Both the position numbers and the translations under genes were made by a program. Shown piece by piece: positions 1 through 12,513 of a stretch of 64,000 nucleotides of DNA. The notes beneath the pieces were generated by a model. It worked only from the letters and a program-made list of their open reading frames with translations. It did no database searches and was not told the DNA's origin. Every line of letters begins with the position of its first letter. The stretch's first letter is position 1. Source of the DNA: Octopus bimaculoides (taxonomy: Eukaryota); assembly GCF_001194135.2 (NCBI RefSeq), contig NC_068998.1:26420030-26484029 (forward strand), written 5' to 3'.

Positions 1-62
1 CCTACTTTAAATATATACAGAAACAGGTAATAAATAATCCAAATGCAAATAAGTTTATTCCA

Positions 63-109
<47 letters not shown>

Positions 110-470
110 CATACATACATATATATACATATATATATACACATACATATACAGAAAGATAGATAGATAGATAAAATACATACACACACAAACACACAAG
201 TATACACACACATATATATCCACTCACACAATTTTTTTACTCATTTATTTGCATTAGGAAGAAGACATCTAATGCAGATATACGTTACATAGGCACACAT
301 GTGTATACAAAGGTATGTATATGCGTATATAAATGAATACGTATGTGTGTATATATATATATATGTGTGTCTGTGTGTAAAAAGTATATATATATATACA
401 CATATGTATATATAATATATATACACACACATACACACATGTATATACACACACGTATATACCCATTCAC
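1..470. repeat. (TA)n/(TACA)n/(GATA)n microsatellite mosaic
   Basis: Direct reading; source of the IYIY/CVCV ORFs. Confidence 0.95.
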
Positions 471-509
471 ACGCTATTCTTTTTTTATTTATTTATTTGT
501 TTGCATTAG

Positions 510-642
510 GAAGAAGACATTATCTGAAGGTGAATCTGTCGAACATGACACCAGACGTGACAAGTGTGGATGTTTCTATCAATGTTTATGTTATGTTGTT
601 ACAATTACAATACAAACATGTCTTCAGTTTCACGTTGCTTAG
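510..642 (+). CDS. Candidate terminal coding exon (xKKTLSEGESVEHDTRRDKCGCFYQCLCYVVTITIQTCLQFHVA*)
   Basis: T-rich acceptor tttatttgtttgcattAG at 508-509, open frame to TAG at 640-642, AATAAA at 652-657. No homology recognised. Confidence 0.25.
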
Positions 643-779
643 ATTTGAGAGAATAAAACAAACTGTATATTTGATTTAAAATGGACGCGAAATAATATCT
701 TGTGTGTGTGAGGGAGATCTGAGTGAAAAGAATTAATTTTAGTCGCTGCTGTTGTTCTCGTTGTGATTTGGCTCCCAGT

Positions 780-960
780 TAGGTTTGATGGAGCGGATCG
801 AAAGGCATTCCAATCATACTTGGTTTTTCAAATGTAATGTATCCCAGGCTACATATTATCCAATGTATTCTTTACTTTTAAGACAACTCGATGTGTCTTG
901 TGGTAGATTTAGCTGTTATTTCTAGTAGGTTGAATGACATTGTCAAGCTCCGACCTAGGC
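780..960 (+). mobile_element. Fragment of interspersed repeat family C (unclassified)
   Basis: Shares motifs (ctacatt/attatccaatgt, gctgttatttctag) with 55365-55540 and, inverted and more weakly, with 43640-43760. Confidence 0.4.
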
Positions 961-971
961 TCTGATATCGG

Positions 972-1196
972 TTTCAAATTTTGGCACAAGGCCGACAGTC
1001 CTAAGGGAGAGGTAAGATGATTACATTCAACTGGTATCTATTTTATATTAGTACTCAACTGGTACGTATTTTATCGACCCCGAAGTGATGAAAGTTTAAG
1101 TCGTCATCGGCAGAATTTGAACTCAGAATTTAAAGACGAAAGAAATGCCGCAAAGCATTTTGTCCGACGTGCTAACGATTCTGCCAGCTCACCGAC
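972..1196 (-). mobile_element. tRNA-derived SINE, family A
   Basis: Minus strand reads gagctggcagaatcgttagcacg (A-box-like), gagttcaaattc (B-box-like), then a central tttcatc..ggggtcgataaaatacgtaccagtt block shared by about 20 copies. Confidence 0.85.
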
Positions 1197-1218
1197 TTCA
1201 CATTACCTCTAATATTCG

Positions 1219-1427
1219 TTTCAAATTTTTGCACAAAGCCTGCAATTTCGAGAAGTGGGTAACTCCATTACATCGCTCCAGGTATTCAACTAGTACTTAT
1301 TTTATTGATCCCGAAAGGATGAAACGCAAAGACGATCTCGGCGGAACTTGAACTCAGAACGTAAAGACAAAAGAAATGCCGCAAAGCATTCTGTCCGGCG
1401 TTCTATAGATTCTAACTGCTCGCCACC
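1219..1427 (-). mobile_element. SINE family A
   Basis: Colinear with 972-1196. Confidence 0.85.
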
Positions 1428-1458
1428 TACAACGTGGCTTTAATATTCTTTTCTACTC

Positions 1459-1660
1459 TAGGCACAAGGCCCGAAATTTTGAGGGAGGAGGCCAGTCGAT
1501 TAGATCGACTCCAGTACACAAATGGTACTTCATTTTTTCGACTCCGAAAGGATGAAAGGCAAAGTCGACCTCGGTGGAATTTGAACTCAGAACATAAAGA
1601 CAGACGAAATACGCCGAGCATTTCGCCCGACACACTAACGTTTCTGCCAGCTCGCCACCT
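1459..1660 (-). mobile_element. SINE family A
   Basis: Colinear with 972-1196. Confidence 0.85.
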
Positions 1661-1942
1661 TCAACTTGGCTCTAATATTGACTCGATGCTTGTTCTATTT
1701 TATCCTGTTATCTCTCCTCAATTCTTGTTTGTTTTTTTCTGCAATTTTGATTATTTTGAGTATTCTGCAGCCTTGGTCATCTCTGAGAGAGGTGGCTGAT
1801 ATTGCATAGTTATTCTATAAATTACATTCCTTTTAATAAGTGCCAGTGTACTACAGGAAACATATCAAATGGTGACATTAACTGCTACAGTAATAGTTTC
1901 GATTTATGCCTATGTTAAAATCATGTATTCTCTATATAATAT

Positions 1943-1944
1943 GA

Positions 1945-2009
<65 letters not shown>

Positions 2010-2242
2010 CTATTTTATATACATGTATGCGTGCGGAAGTAAGAGGGGGTAAAGTGTGTATTTGTATGTGTAAGGGAGTACAGTGTACGCTTCAAATTTA
2101 TGTTTGTTCATGCAGATCTGTGTGTTTCTTTGTGTATGTATGTGTGTGAATGTACGCGTTTGACTACGTCTATGAAAATTCATCGTGTATGTGTGCATAG
2201 GTGTGTTTGTGTATGCATATATATGTGCACACACACACATAC

Positions 2243-2330
<88 letters not shown>

Positions 2331-2435
2331 NNNNNNNNNNNNNNNNNNNNNNNNNNNNNNNNNNNNNNNNNNNNNNNNNNNNNNNNNNNNNNNNNNNNNN
2401 NNNNNNNNNNNNNNNNNNNNNNNNNNNNNNNNNNN

Positions 2436-2466
<31 letters not shown>

Positions 2467-2872
2467 ATATGTATATATGTGTGCATATATAAATATATGT
2501 ATGTACGTGTGTATGTGTATGTATATAGGTGTGTGTATATGTAACACTATATATGGATTCGTGTTTACCAACTCTTTCATACCCAAATATAAACACACAT
2601 ACGTATGTTCACGTACACACACACGCACGCACGCACGCACACACTTACACACACACTTACACACAAAGACATAATGGTAGATATGTATAAATCCATAATA
2701 GTATATGAGTGTTTATGAGTGTATAAAATTTAGTGTATGTTTATGTAGGTGTAATGTCTTCCCTATCATTTTGTCAACAGATTTGTGAAGAAAAAATTGT
2801 TTTACTTCTGCGCTGAGAATTCCATTTCAGCGTTGGTTTTATTACTTATTTTAATATCCGGGTGGGTATTAT

Positions 2873-2932
<60 letters not shown>

Positions 2933-3169
2933 GTGTATGTATGTATGTATGTATGCATGCATGCATATACATATATGTATATGTGTATATGTATATGTAT
3001 GTGAGTGCGCGCGTGCGTGTGTATATGTATAAATGTATGTAGTATATATGTGTACACACAAACACACACATGAAGACAATGTGTTTGTGATGCATGTGTA
3101 GGTGCATTTACTCGTACTCATGTATATATGTGTATGTATAAGAGAATGCACATAACTAAGCATGCATTA

Positions 3170-3209
<40 letters not shown>

Positions 3210-3320
3210 GTGTGTATGCATACATGTATATATGTATTCATGCAAGCATTTATGTATGTACATATTGAGATATGTGTTTATGTTTATAAATATATATGTA
3301 GTCATATATGCATGAATCAG
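1943..3320. repeat. (GT)n/(TA)n/(TATG)n microsatellite field with gap 2331-2435
   Basis: Direct reading. Confidence 0.9.
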
Positions 3321-3542
3321 AAGAAGCAATAAAAAGGTGTCGAGTGAATAATGTGTAAAATGGCGTCAGCCGTAACAACATTAAGTTGAAGAATACAAAA
3401 TGTTTGGTAATTCTGTAAAGATCAATTTTCAGATATTTTTCTACATATTGAACGTATCGTATTCACATTCTTGCTTGTCTCTATAATGAATACAAAAACT
3501 ACTATTAGACTACCTTCCCCTCCTCCCACCTCTTGTCTTTCT

Positions 3543-3593
<51 letters not shown>

Positions 3594-3814
3594 CATATAT
3601 GTATACATAGGCATATATATATTTATATTTGTATATGCATGCATATATTTCGTGTTATGCTTAGAAGCAGTGAATGATACCAGAATTTCCGACTCGAGTC
3701 AAATAAAACGCTACAAATCCTTTTAGAGTATCGGCATTAATGGAGTCAGGAGACGTTAGTTTGTATTAGCATCCAGTCGTATAAATAATATTGATTATAA
3801 TAATCTTTTCTACT

Positions 3815-3980
3815 TAAGGTGCAAGGCCTGAAATTTGGCGGGAGAGGACTAGTCGATTACATCGAGACCATTGTTTTACTGGCACTTAACTTATCAACTC
3901 CGAAAGGATGAAACACAAAGTCGACCTCGGCGAAATTTGAACTCGCCTGACATGCTTATAATTCTACCAGCTCGCTGCCT
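3815..3980 (-). mobile_element. SINE family A, internally deleted, followed by (ATA)n
   Basis: gcaaggcc...gtcgacctcggcgaaatttgaactc...ccagctcgc matches the family. Confidence 0.8.
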
Positions 3981-4014
<34 letters not shown>

Positions 4015-4625
4015 GCCCGGATGCAGTACCAGGCAGTGGCTCTCATGGTTTCTGGTCTTAATTGATTGGAAGTGTTATCATGTACATTGTTTTGCCTTGG
4101 TATAAAAGATGGGCTACAGTAAATATTCTGCTTAATACCACAGATTTGCTTGTCAGTTGTTTGACCTTAACCAGTTGAGCATGTCACTTGGTGGCTGACA
4201 ATATGTGCATCTCTAATCATGAGCAGAAGTAGTGGNNNNNNNNNNNNNNNNNNNNNNNNNNNNNNNNNNNNNNNNNNNNNNNNNNNNNNNNNNNNNNNNN
4301 NNNNNNNNNNNNNNNNNNNNNNNNNNNNNNNNNNNNNNNNNNNNNNNNNNNNNNNNNNNNNNNNNNNNNNNNNNNNNNNNNNNNNNNNNNNNNNNNNNNN
4401 NNNNNNNNNNNNNNNNNNNNNNNNNNNNNNNNNNNNNNNNNNNNNNNNNNNNNNNNNNNNNNNNNNNNNNNNNNNNNNNNNNNNNNNNNNNNNNNNNNNN
4501 NNNNNNNNNGGTTGTGATGCATGTGCCTGGTGTACCCTCATCAGACGGGTAGTCATGATGGGTGTATTGGGCTTCGTATATTTTACCCCAGTATCACTTT
4601 GATGGCATGCACTGCTCTCTCACTC

Positions 4626-4680
<55 letters not shown>

Positions 4681-4879
4681 GAGCACTAACAACCAAGTTC
4701 GAGAAATACATCAAAGAAATCGAAATTGACATGAGAGCAGAGCAAGCCCAAAATCTGCTCTGCTGGGGACAGCTAGGATTTTGAGATTGGTATTTGGATG
4801 TTGAATGTCTCCCACGATAATTAACAACCAGGAATCAAAGCTTATAATGTGCCGAAAGAGACCCTGTGAGACCTCTGAC

Positions 4880-5632
4880 AGCAGGCTGCTGTCCGCTCTC
4901 ACAGAATCTACCAGAACAAATAAGACTGAACGTTCTGAGAAGTAAAACAATAAGAAAGTCAAATGTATTAACTGCGGACGGTCTTACATAAAGGTTGTAT
5001 TTCGTGTTATATATTACGCGATGATCTGAAACGAATGTATTAAATGCTTTGAAAATATTAACATTTGGTTTGATTTCATTAGAGACGCGACGTGGAAATA
5101 AAGCCACGATCACGTCTTTGACGTCTCGGGATGCGCGTGCTACGTGAAAGTCTGTGGGACTGCGACTGGGCACCTGGACTGACGGACAAGTTAAACTCCT
5201 CGGAGTCTGTTTTGGTCCCGACCTCCAAGTTGATAAGAATTGGGAAGAGATGGCGAATAAGATGGCCTGTCTTACCCAGAAACGGGCAAAGACGAAGTTG
5301 TCTATGAAAGGGTGGGCAAATGTGGCGAATGCCTACATCGCCTCTGTCATTATTTATTGTACGACCGTCATGCCTTGTCCCAGTTACTGCTTGATTAGAT
5401 TGGAACGTATCCTGTTTATTTTGTAGTGGAAGAGACGCGTTCCAAGGTCAGGCGGTCAGTCTGCTACCAACTCCCTCTGCGTGGCGGCTTAGGAATGCAA
5501 TTGCTTTTCATGCGCAGACACGCACTCAGGTTGTGCTACCAGCAAGAATTTCTAGGTGGACGTGTGTAAGCTCTGCTTTTGAGACACGCTTTTCCGCAGT
5601 TTTGTCTCCTTGACGAAGCTGCAATCATTGCC
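4880..5632 (+). mobile_element. Tx1/L1-clade LINE remnant, copy 1 (RT core deleted)
   Basis: RRGNKATITSLT linker jumps to KSVGLRLGTWTDGQVKLLGVCFGPDLQ, a post-RT segment; colinear with copy 2 at both ends. Confidence 0.75.
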
Positions 5633-5635
5633 CTA

Positions 5636-7760
5636 GGCAGCAAACTGCTGTTCGCTCTCACAAATCCACCAGAACAAGCAAGACTGAGCGTTTTGAGAAG
5701 TAAAACAATAGTAACGTCAAATGTATTACCTGAGGAAGGTCTGTATTTCGTGTTATATACTACGCGATGATTTTAAACTTACGTATTAAATGCTTTGAAA
5801 ATATCAATATTTGGTTTGATTTCATTGGAGACCGCGACGTGGAAACAAAGTCATGATCAGGTTTTTGACGGAACGGGATAGGCGCGGGCTACTCGGCTCC
5901 GAGCAGATGTGCGCAGCTTTCCAACGGCACTTCGTGAAGCTGTTTGGAGAGCACGCTGAGTCTACGACAGTACTGGTCTTTAGCACGTACTTGGACGGCT
6001 TGTCGCAACTCTCAGCAGCTGACGTGAGGTTATGTGAAAAGCCGATAACAGCCGCTGAAATTCGGGAGGTGATGTCGATTGCCCAAGTCGCAGATCACCA
6101 GATTTCGATGAGCTATCCTATGAATTTTATGCATTCATGCCAGATTTGTTTAGCGACCTCTTGGCAGACGTTTACCGCATCTGACAACAGAACGGGGGAA
6201 TTCCTAGTGCTGTTAACCGGGGTATGATAACACTGCTGAAAAGTACGCCGACAATGGGGACGTGCTAGGGAATCTTCGGCCCATAACACTGCTAAACATA
6301 GTTTAAGATTTTGGCCAAGGTGTTAGAGCGAAAAGGCTGGCGCTTGTCGTTGGTAGCCTGGTCGGAGAAGCGCAAACTTGCACAATACCGAACAGATATA
6401 TCCATGACAACCCCCATCTTAGGCGATACATCATAGAGTGGGTTGGGACCAAAGCTGGATTCGCAAGTACTTTGTTCGATTTGGATCAATTGAAAGCATT
6501 CGACAGGGTCGACCATCGCTACTTGGAAGCCGTCCTGAAAGCATCCGTTTTCAGAGGCTGGATTGCTGCAATGTACAGCAGTACCTTTTCAGTACTCAAA
6601 CTAAACGTTCACCTATCAGAGCCCTTTAGCATCGCACGCTCGGTCCATCAGGGCTGCTCACTGTCACCTCTTCAGTACGTATTGGCACTCGAGCCACTGC
6701 TGCGGAAATTGGAACATCTAAGTGGCATCCCTTTCGAACTGAGACGATGAATGGCAGTGTCAGCATACACGGACGGCGTCACCATCAAGGTGTCGAATGC
6801 CTCCGCAGTAGAGGCGGTCGGTACTATCCTAAAATGAACGCCGACAAATCGGTGGGTTTGTGGTTGGGCATCTGGAGAGGTAGGATGATGCCATCGGACG
6901 GTGTCGTCGGACGCTGGACCGACGGACCAGTTAAACTGCTCGGGATCTGGTTTGGACTGAAACGAGGTAGCGAACAGGGTGACCAGTCTTACCTAGAAAT
7001 GAGCTGAGAGGAAGCTATCCCTGAAAGGTCGTTCCATTATCATTTATTGCCTGGCCGTCGTGCCTTGACCCGGTTATTGCTTGACCAGGTTGGAGCGTCT
7101 CTAATTTAAATTCTTGTGGAAGGGACGCATTCCAATGGTCAGACATTCAGTTTATTGCCAGCATCCTCTGAATGGCGGATTAGGTATGCGCAGGCACGCT
7201 CTTAGTTTACGCCACCTGCAATTTTAGGGACATTCAAAATCCACAACTAGGTGTTTGGTATCTGGAATTCAGCCTGTTCGCACGACTGGGTGTTTGGTAT
7301 CTGGAATATAGCCTGTCCGAGATACGCACTGAGCTACGAAATCGTTTCGCATGCACCTCTTCATTGCTTGTATGTTGTCGCGAAGAACAAGTAAATTTCT
7401 TCTGCCGTGAAGAGCAAGTAAATTTCTTCTGCTTCGGGGCTATAGCGAAAGAGGCTGTGTAGAGGACTAGACTACAAGGGCTGAAGGAAGCCACATTTTA
7501 ATTCCACCAACCTACATCAACGTTTTAAAGTTGCACTCGGTGAGGAGACTGAGGATGGCAAAGATCGTGAATATGGCAAAGAAAGTAAGGGTAGAAATTA
7601 TGGACATTGATGAGCATCTCACGAGAATTTAAAAAGCGGAAGGCTCGCGTCGGAATACACGGAAGAAATTAATCGGGCGTCCTCGTTCACTGCCGCCAGT
7701 ACAATTTTTCTTTTCACTCCCATATATATATTGTTCTCGATAAAACATGTCCCACAGCAT
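5636..7760 (+). mobile_element. Tx1/L1-clade LINE ORF2 remnant, copy 2
   Basis: Frameshifted RT motifs: EQMCAAFQRHF, NLRPITLLN, LDQLKAFDRVDHRYL, SVHQGCSLSPLQYVLALEPLLRKL, YTDG (for YADD), WTDGPVKLLG; C-terminal AIAKEAV*RTRLQGL at about 7440-7490. Confidence 0.9.
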
Positions 7761-8273
7761 CGGATCTGTCACCGGTGTTGTTTCTATTTCATATTTGTAT
7801 TTATTCTTACGTAGCACTGTCCGGGCATACTCGCAGATGGTTTTGCACACCATGAACGCATAGGTCGTGGATTGGCGAAAAGAATGATCTTGATCTTGGT
7901 CGGGGATGTAATGTTGACAGGCCACAAAAATGCAGTTTTGACACCCGGAGTTTTGTGTGAGTGTTCTTCGCTATGCCAAGGGCAGTCTACCGGTAAATAC
8001 TCGCAGTGTATGCGTTAAGTATATGTGCTTAACAGTATATACATACACACACACTCACACACACATGCACGTGTGTGTATGGTTGTGTGTGTGTCTGAAT
8101 GTCTGTCTGTGTGTCTACGAGTGTGTTAAGCACGACGCATAGATGGCTATTCATGACGAATGTGATTCCACAGATAAATTAATATACTCCTTCTTTGGTT
8201 TATTGAGCACCTTTAATTAGAACGCCTTCGGTTTCAAGCGAATAAACAGCAATTCCGCATATTCGTGTGTATG

Positions 8274-8274
<1 letters not shown>

Positions 8275-8315
<41 letters not shown>

Positions 8316-8907
8316 CATACATACATATATATACATATATATGTGTGTATATATATATATATATACTCACATATATATGCATATTTATCTATATATATGT
8401 TTCTGTGTGCGCTGACGCGCCTGTCTATGTATATGCGTTTGTGTGTAGATGTATGTACATGTGTGTATGCTTAAAAACGACATCGACACACGAATATATA
8501 CATTTAATTTTTATTTTATCTCACTGAGATATTTCCTCATTTCGAGTGCACAACCACTCAACGGATTGTCGACATATGCACACGCACAAACACACACACA
8601 CACACATATACACACACTCACACACACTTATATACTGCATATATGTATGCATACGTCGAAAACCCGAGCAGCGTCTGTACACCCTGAGCGAGGAAATATG
8701 TCGGTTAGATATAATAAAATTGTAATGCATATATTCATGCAGATCAATGTCGCAAACACACACTCACACACATACACGGAGAGTACACCCAAGACAGACG
8801 CATCAGTAGGCGTACGTGCATGTGCTATGTACGTGTGGGTGTGTATATATACACATATATATATATTTATATATATACATACACATATATATATACATAT
8901 GTATATA

Positions 8908-8950
<43 letters not shown>

Positions 8951-9000
8951 TATATATATATACTCACACACACACACATTAAGACATTAAGATATACATA
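8275..9000. repeat. (TA)n/(CA)n microsatellite mosaic
   Basis: Direct reading. Confidence 0.85.
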
Positions 9001-9424
9001 CATGTATGTGACTGAATGTGTGTATCTTTCTTTATAGGAATGTGTGTGTATATAGGTTGTCAGAATCTGTGAGTTAAGGAACGTCTGTTGACGTATGAGC
9101 TTGTATTTGAATGCGTATTTCGGTATTTCCGTATGGTAGCTTCGAAACCCATAAAAGAATCGCTCTCAAAAACCGTATAGTATTGGAAGGTGAACACAAT
9201 TATTCTCCGTGATGAATATTACTGCTAAGAAAAAGAGAATGTATAAACACACTTGCCGTTCCTTTGTAGATTTTGTCGTTCAAATCACGATTTTATGGTG
9301 TATGTGTAACTAGGTTGTTTCCAATGTCATAAATGGAACTCACGCTGTAACGATTCCATCATATTGTACACTTTCACACATCAAAGAAACAAGAATCTAA
9401 CAATTTACACTCACCGATATATAC

Positions 9425-9629
9425 ATATGTGTGTGTATGTGTAAGTGTGTATGTGTGTGTGCGCGCGCGTGCGGGTGTGGATGTGGGTGTATGTATGTAT
9501 ATGTATATGTATATATTCTGCATATATATGTGTATATATATACGCATTACTTATGTATGTACATGTATATATATACATGTATGTATATATACATACATAT
9601 ATATATACACATACATATGCATATATTTA

Positions 9630-9672
<43 letters not shown>

Positions 9673-9869
9673 NNNNNNNNNNNNNNNNNNNNNNNNNNNN
9701 NNNNNNNNNNNNNNNNNNNNNNNNNNNNNNNNNNNNNNNNNNNNNNNNNNNNNNNNNNNNNNNNNNNNNNNNNNNNNNNNNNNNNNNNNNNNNNNNNNNN
9801 NNNNNNNNNNNNNNNNNNNNNNNNNNNNNNNNNNNNNNNNNNNNNNNNNNNATGTAATTGTCTTTGTTG

Positions 9870-9959
<90 letters not shown>

Positions 9960-10215
9960 ATGTATGTATGTGTATGTATGTATGTTTGTATGTATATACA
10001 CGTTTGTGTATTATCGTATCTATATAGTTGTACATGTGCACTTGCCTGTTTATCTTCACTACAAAATTTATAGATACATACATACATACATACATACATA
10101 CATACACTTACAAATGAACATAGACACACACATGTGTGTATGGATTTACTATCTTCGTTTGCGCACGCTTGAATGTGTGTGTCTATATTTATGTTCGTTA
10201 TTGTGTATATATATA
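9425..10215. repeat. (TA)n/(GT)n/(TACA)n field with gap 9673-9851
   Basis: Direct reading. Confidence 0.9.
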
Positions 10216-10677
10216 TAGGGGTGAGGGCATTCGTCTATGTGCGGGTGCGCGTATCTATTTATGAAAAGCGCAATTTAAAGACGAGTTTCACAAAAAGAAA
10301 AGCATAACAGATATAGACGCAACCCCATCGTGCAGAAATTGTTGACTATCAGATGCGTAATTTCAAATCAGTGACGGATAGTTATATAACATGAATGGTC
10401 CAACTCTTTTCTGAAAATGTTATTTGGAAACTAACAATGGATTAAGGGAGAAATTGGCGTTTCGCCTCGAGTTAGCATCTTTTATTGAATGAAATTCTAT
10501 ATATTGCAATTTCTGTCTTAAACTACACTTGCAGCTCGATTGACATAGGTTTATCTACATCCGTAGGTAGTTAAGTATATTTATATACGGGTATAGTTGT
10601 ATTTCTACTTACACAATGAGTGACCACATTCCTTCACTGAGCGAAATTTTGTAGGAATAACTACATAAACACAAGAA

Positions 10678-10738
<61 letters not shown>

Positions 10739-10892
10739 TTCTTTTATTCTTTTACTTGTTTCAGTCATTTGACTGGAGCCATGCTTTAGCACCGCCTTTA
10801 GTCGAACGAATCGACCCCAGGACTTTGTAAGCCTAGTATTTATTCTATCGGACTCTTTTTCCCGAACCGTTAAGTTACGGTACGTAAACTCA
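10739..10892 (-). mobile_element. SINE family B, 3' part
   Basis: cttttattcttttacttgtttcagtcatttgactg is the reverse complement of the tail of 11451-11836. Confidence 0.85.
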
Positions 10893-10899
10893 CACGATA

Positions 10900-11410
10900 A
10901 GACCTCTTTGAATGAACAGCACATGGAATTAATATCTCCCCACTATCCATCTGTAATAACAAAATATGAACTCCTATACCATGGACAAGAAGCCTTTCTA
11001 CCCATTCTACACAGGACTTACCATGGATAATGGAACTGCTAATGTAACATCCAACATATATTTTTATTTTTATTCTCTTTTACATTTGTACTTCCTATAT
11101 CTCTCCCATTCCACAAAAAAGTTCTTATATTGAACTCTACTATTTCCCTCTATTTAATTCTATCATATCGTCTCTGACGAAGGGATATCCCTCATATCCC
11201 TGCAGCAGCTGTAAAACTGCCTTTCTCTTTATAAATGTCCTAGAAATTTCACACTGCCCTGGCTTTGTTGTCTCATTTTATTTAACATATACATGCTCAC
11301 TCACGGCCCGCATTAGACTTCTCATTCATACTATTACTGAACCGGGAATATAACTACAGTCCTTCCGTAGCACTTTCATAACCATACCTGCCACTTTGGA
11401 TCTTCTAGAT
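10900..11410 (+). mobile_element. Penelope-like pseudo-LTR-type remnant
   Basis: Contains ctctgacgaaggg...cagctgtaa, a degenerate PLE-type hammerhead motif, in AT/pyrimidine-rich non-coding context. Extent uncertain. Confidence 0.4.
11170..11217 (+). ncRNA. Degenerate minimal type I hammerhead motif (probably inactive)
   Basis: CTGACGA 11174-11180; 7-bp stem II agggata/tatccct; GAAA mutated to GCAG; palindromic cagctg; GTA triplet. Confidence 0.5.
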
Positions 11411-11418
11411 ACCAAAAC

Positions 11419-11450
<32 letters not shown>

Positions 11451-11836
11451 AGCTGTGTGGTAGGAATCTTGATTCCCAGCCACATGGTTCCGGGTTCAGT
11501 CCCACTTCGTGGCACGTTGGACGTGTTTTCTACTGTATCCACGGGCCGACCATAGCCTTGTGAGTGGATATGGTTGATGGAAAATGAAAGAAGCCCGTCG
11601 TTTATATATATGTAAATGTGTGTATGTTTGTATTTCTGTGTTTGTCCCCCACCATCGCTTGACAACCGATCTTGGTGTTTTTAGGTCCCCGTAATTTGGC
11701 GATTCGGCAAAAGAGACCGGTAGAATACGTACTAGGCATACAAAAAAAGAGTCCTAGGGCTGATTAGTTCGACTAAAGGTGATGTTCCCGCATGGCCGCA
11801 GTCAAACGACTGAAACAAGTAAAAGAATAAAAGAAT
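11451..11836 (+). mobile_element. tRNA-derived SINE family B, near full length (OR/CORE-like)
   Basis: A-box-like gctgtgtggtag, B-box-like gggttcagtccc, internal TA/GT microsatellite, tail gactgaaacaagtaaaagaataaaagaa. The CORE-like assignment is from memory. Confidence 0.9.
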
Positions 11837-12369
11837 ATATACATAAATGTCTCACGCTATGAGGAACTCTTAAAGTTAAAACTACCGTATTAAATCCAGT
11901 GTACCGAACGCGAGGGAATGCAACTCTTGAAGAGAGCTCCTTAAAAACAGATTCAGCCTCAGATCATATGATTTCATAATTAGTGCACAAAATGCACTTT
12001 TTAATCGTCAGTGCAAGCATAATCAAGGCACATAAAAATGNNNNNNNNNNATATATATATATATATACTGTTCCGTATCTACGTGTTGAATAAAATTTAT
12101 CTTTCTACTTGTTCATAAATATATATATATATATATATACATGCGTTTATGTATATAAAATTTTATACATACAACCTTTATTTTCTTCCATTCTCAATCT
12201 AAACTGTCCGACGAACGGGAACGTGGAACACTGAGTAGCAGTCTTTTGTGATATTTTTGTGTTGTTTTGCAGCATTGATAATAATAATACAAATATATTT
12301 ATATGTATACATATGTATATGTATACATACATACATAGACGTACACATTATATATGTATGTATTTTTAT

Positions 12370-12403
<34 letters not shown>

Positions 12404-12450
12404 GATATATACATATATATATTTTGTACATACATACATACATACATACA

Positions 12451-12481
<31 letters not shown>

Positions 12482-12513
12482 GTAGGTAAGTAGATTGGAG
12501 GGTAGGTAGGTAA

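Noticed and set aside
7629-7925. 98-aa minus-strand ORF with ordinary composition
   Set aside because: It overlaps the antisense of the LINE 3' region and flank, and no motif was recognised.
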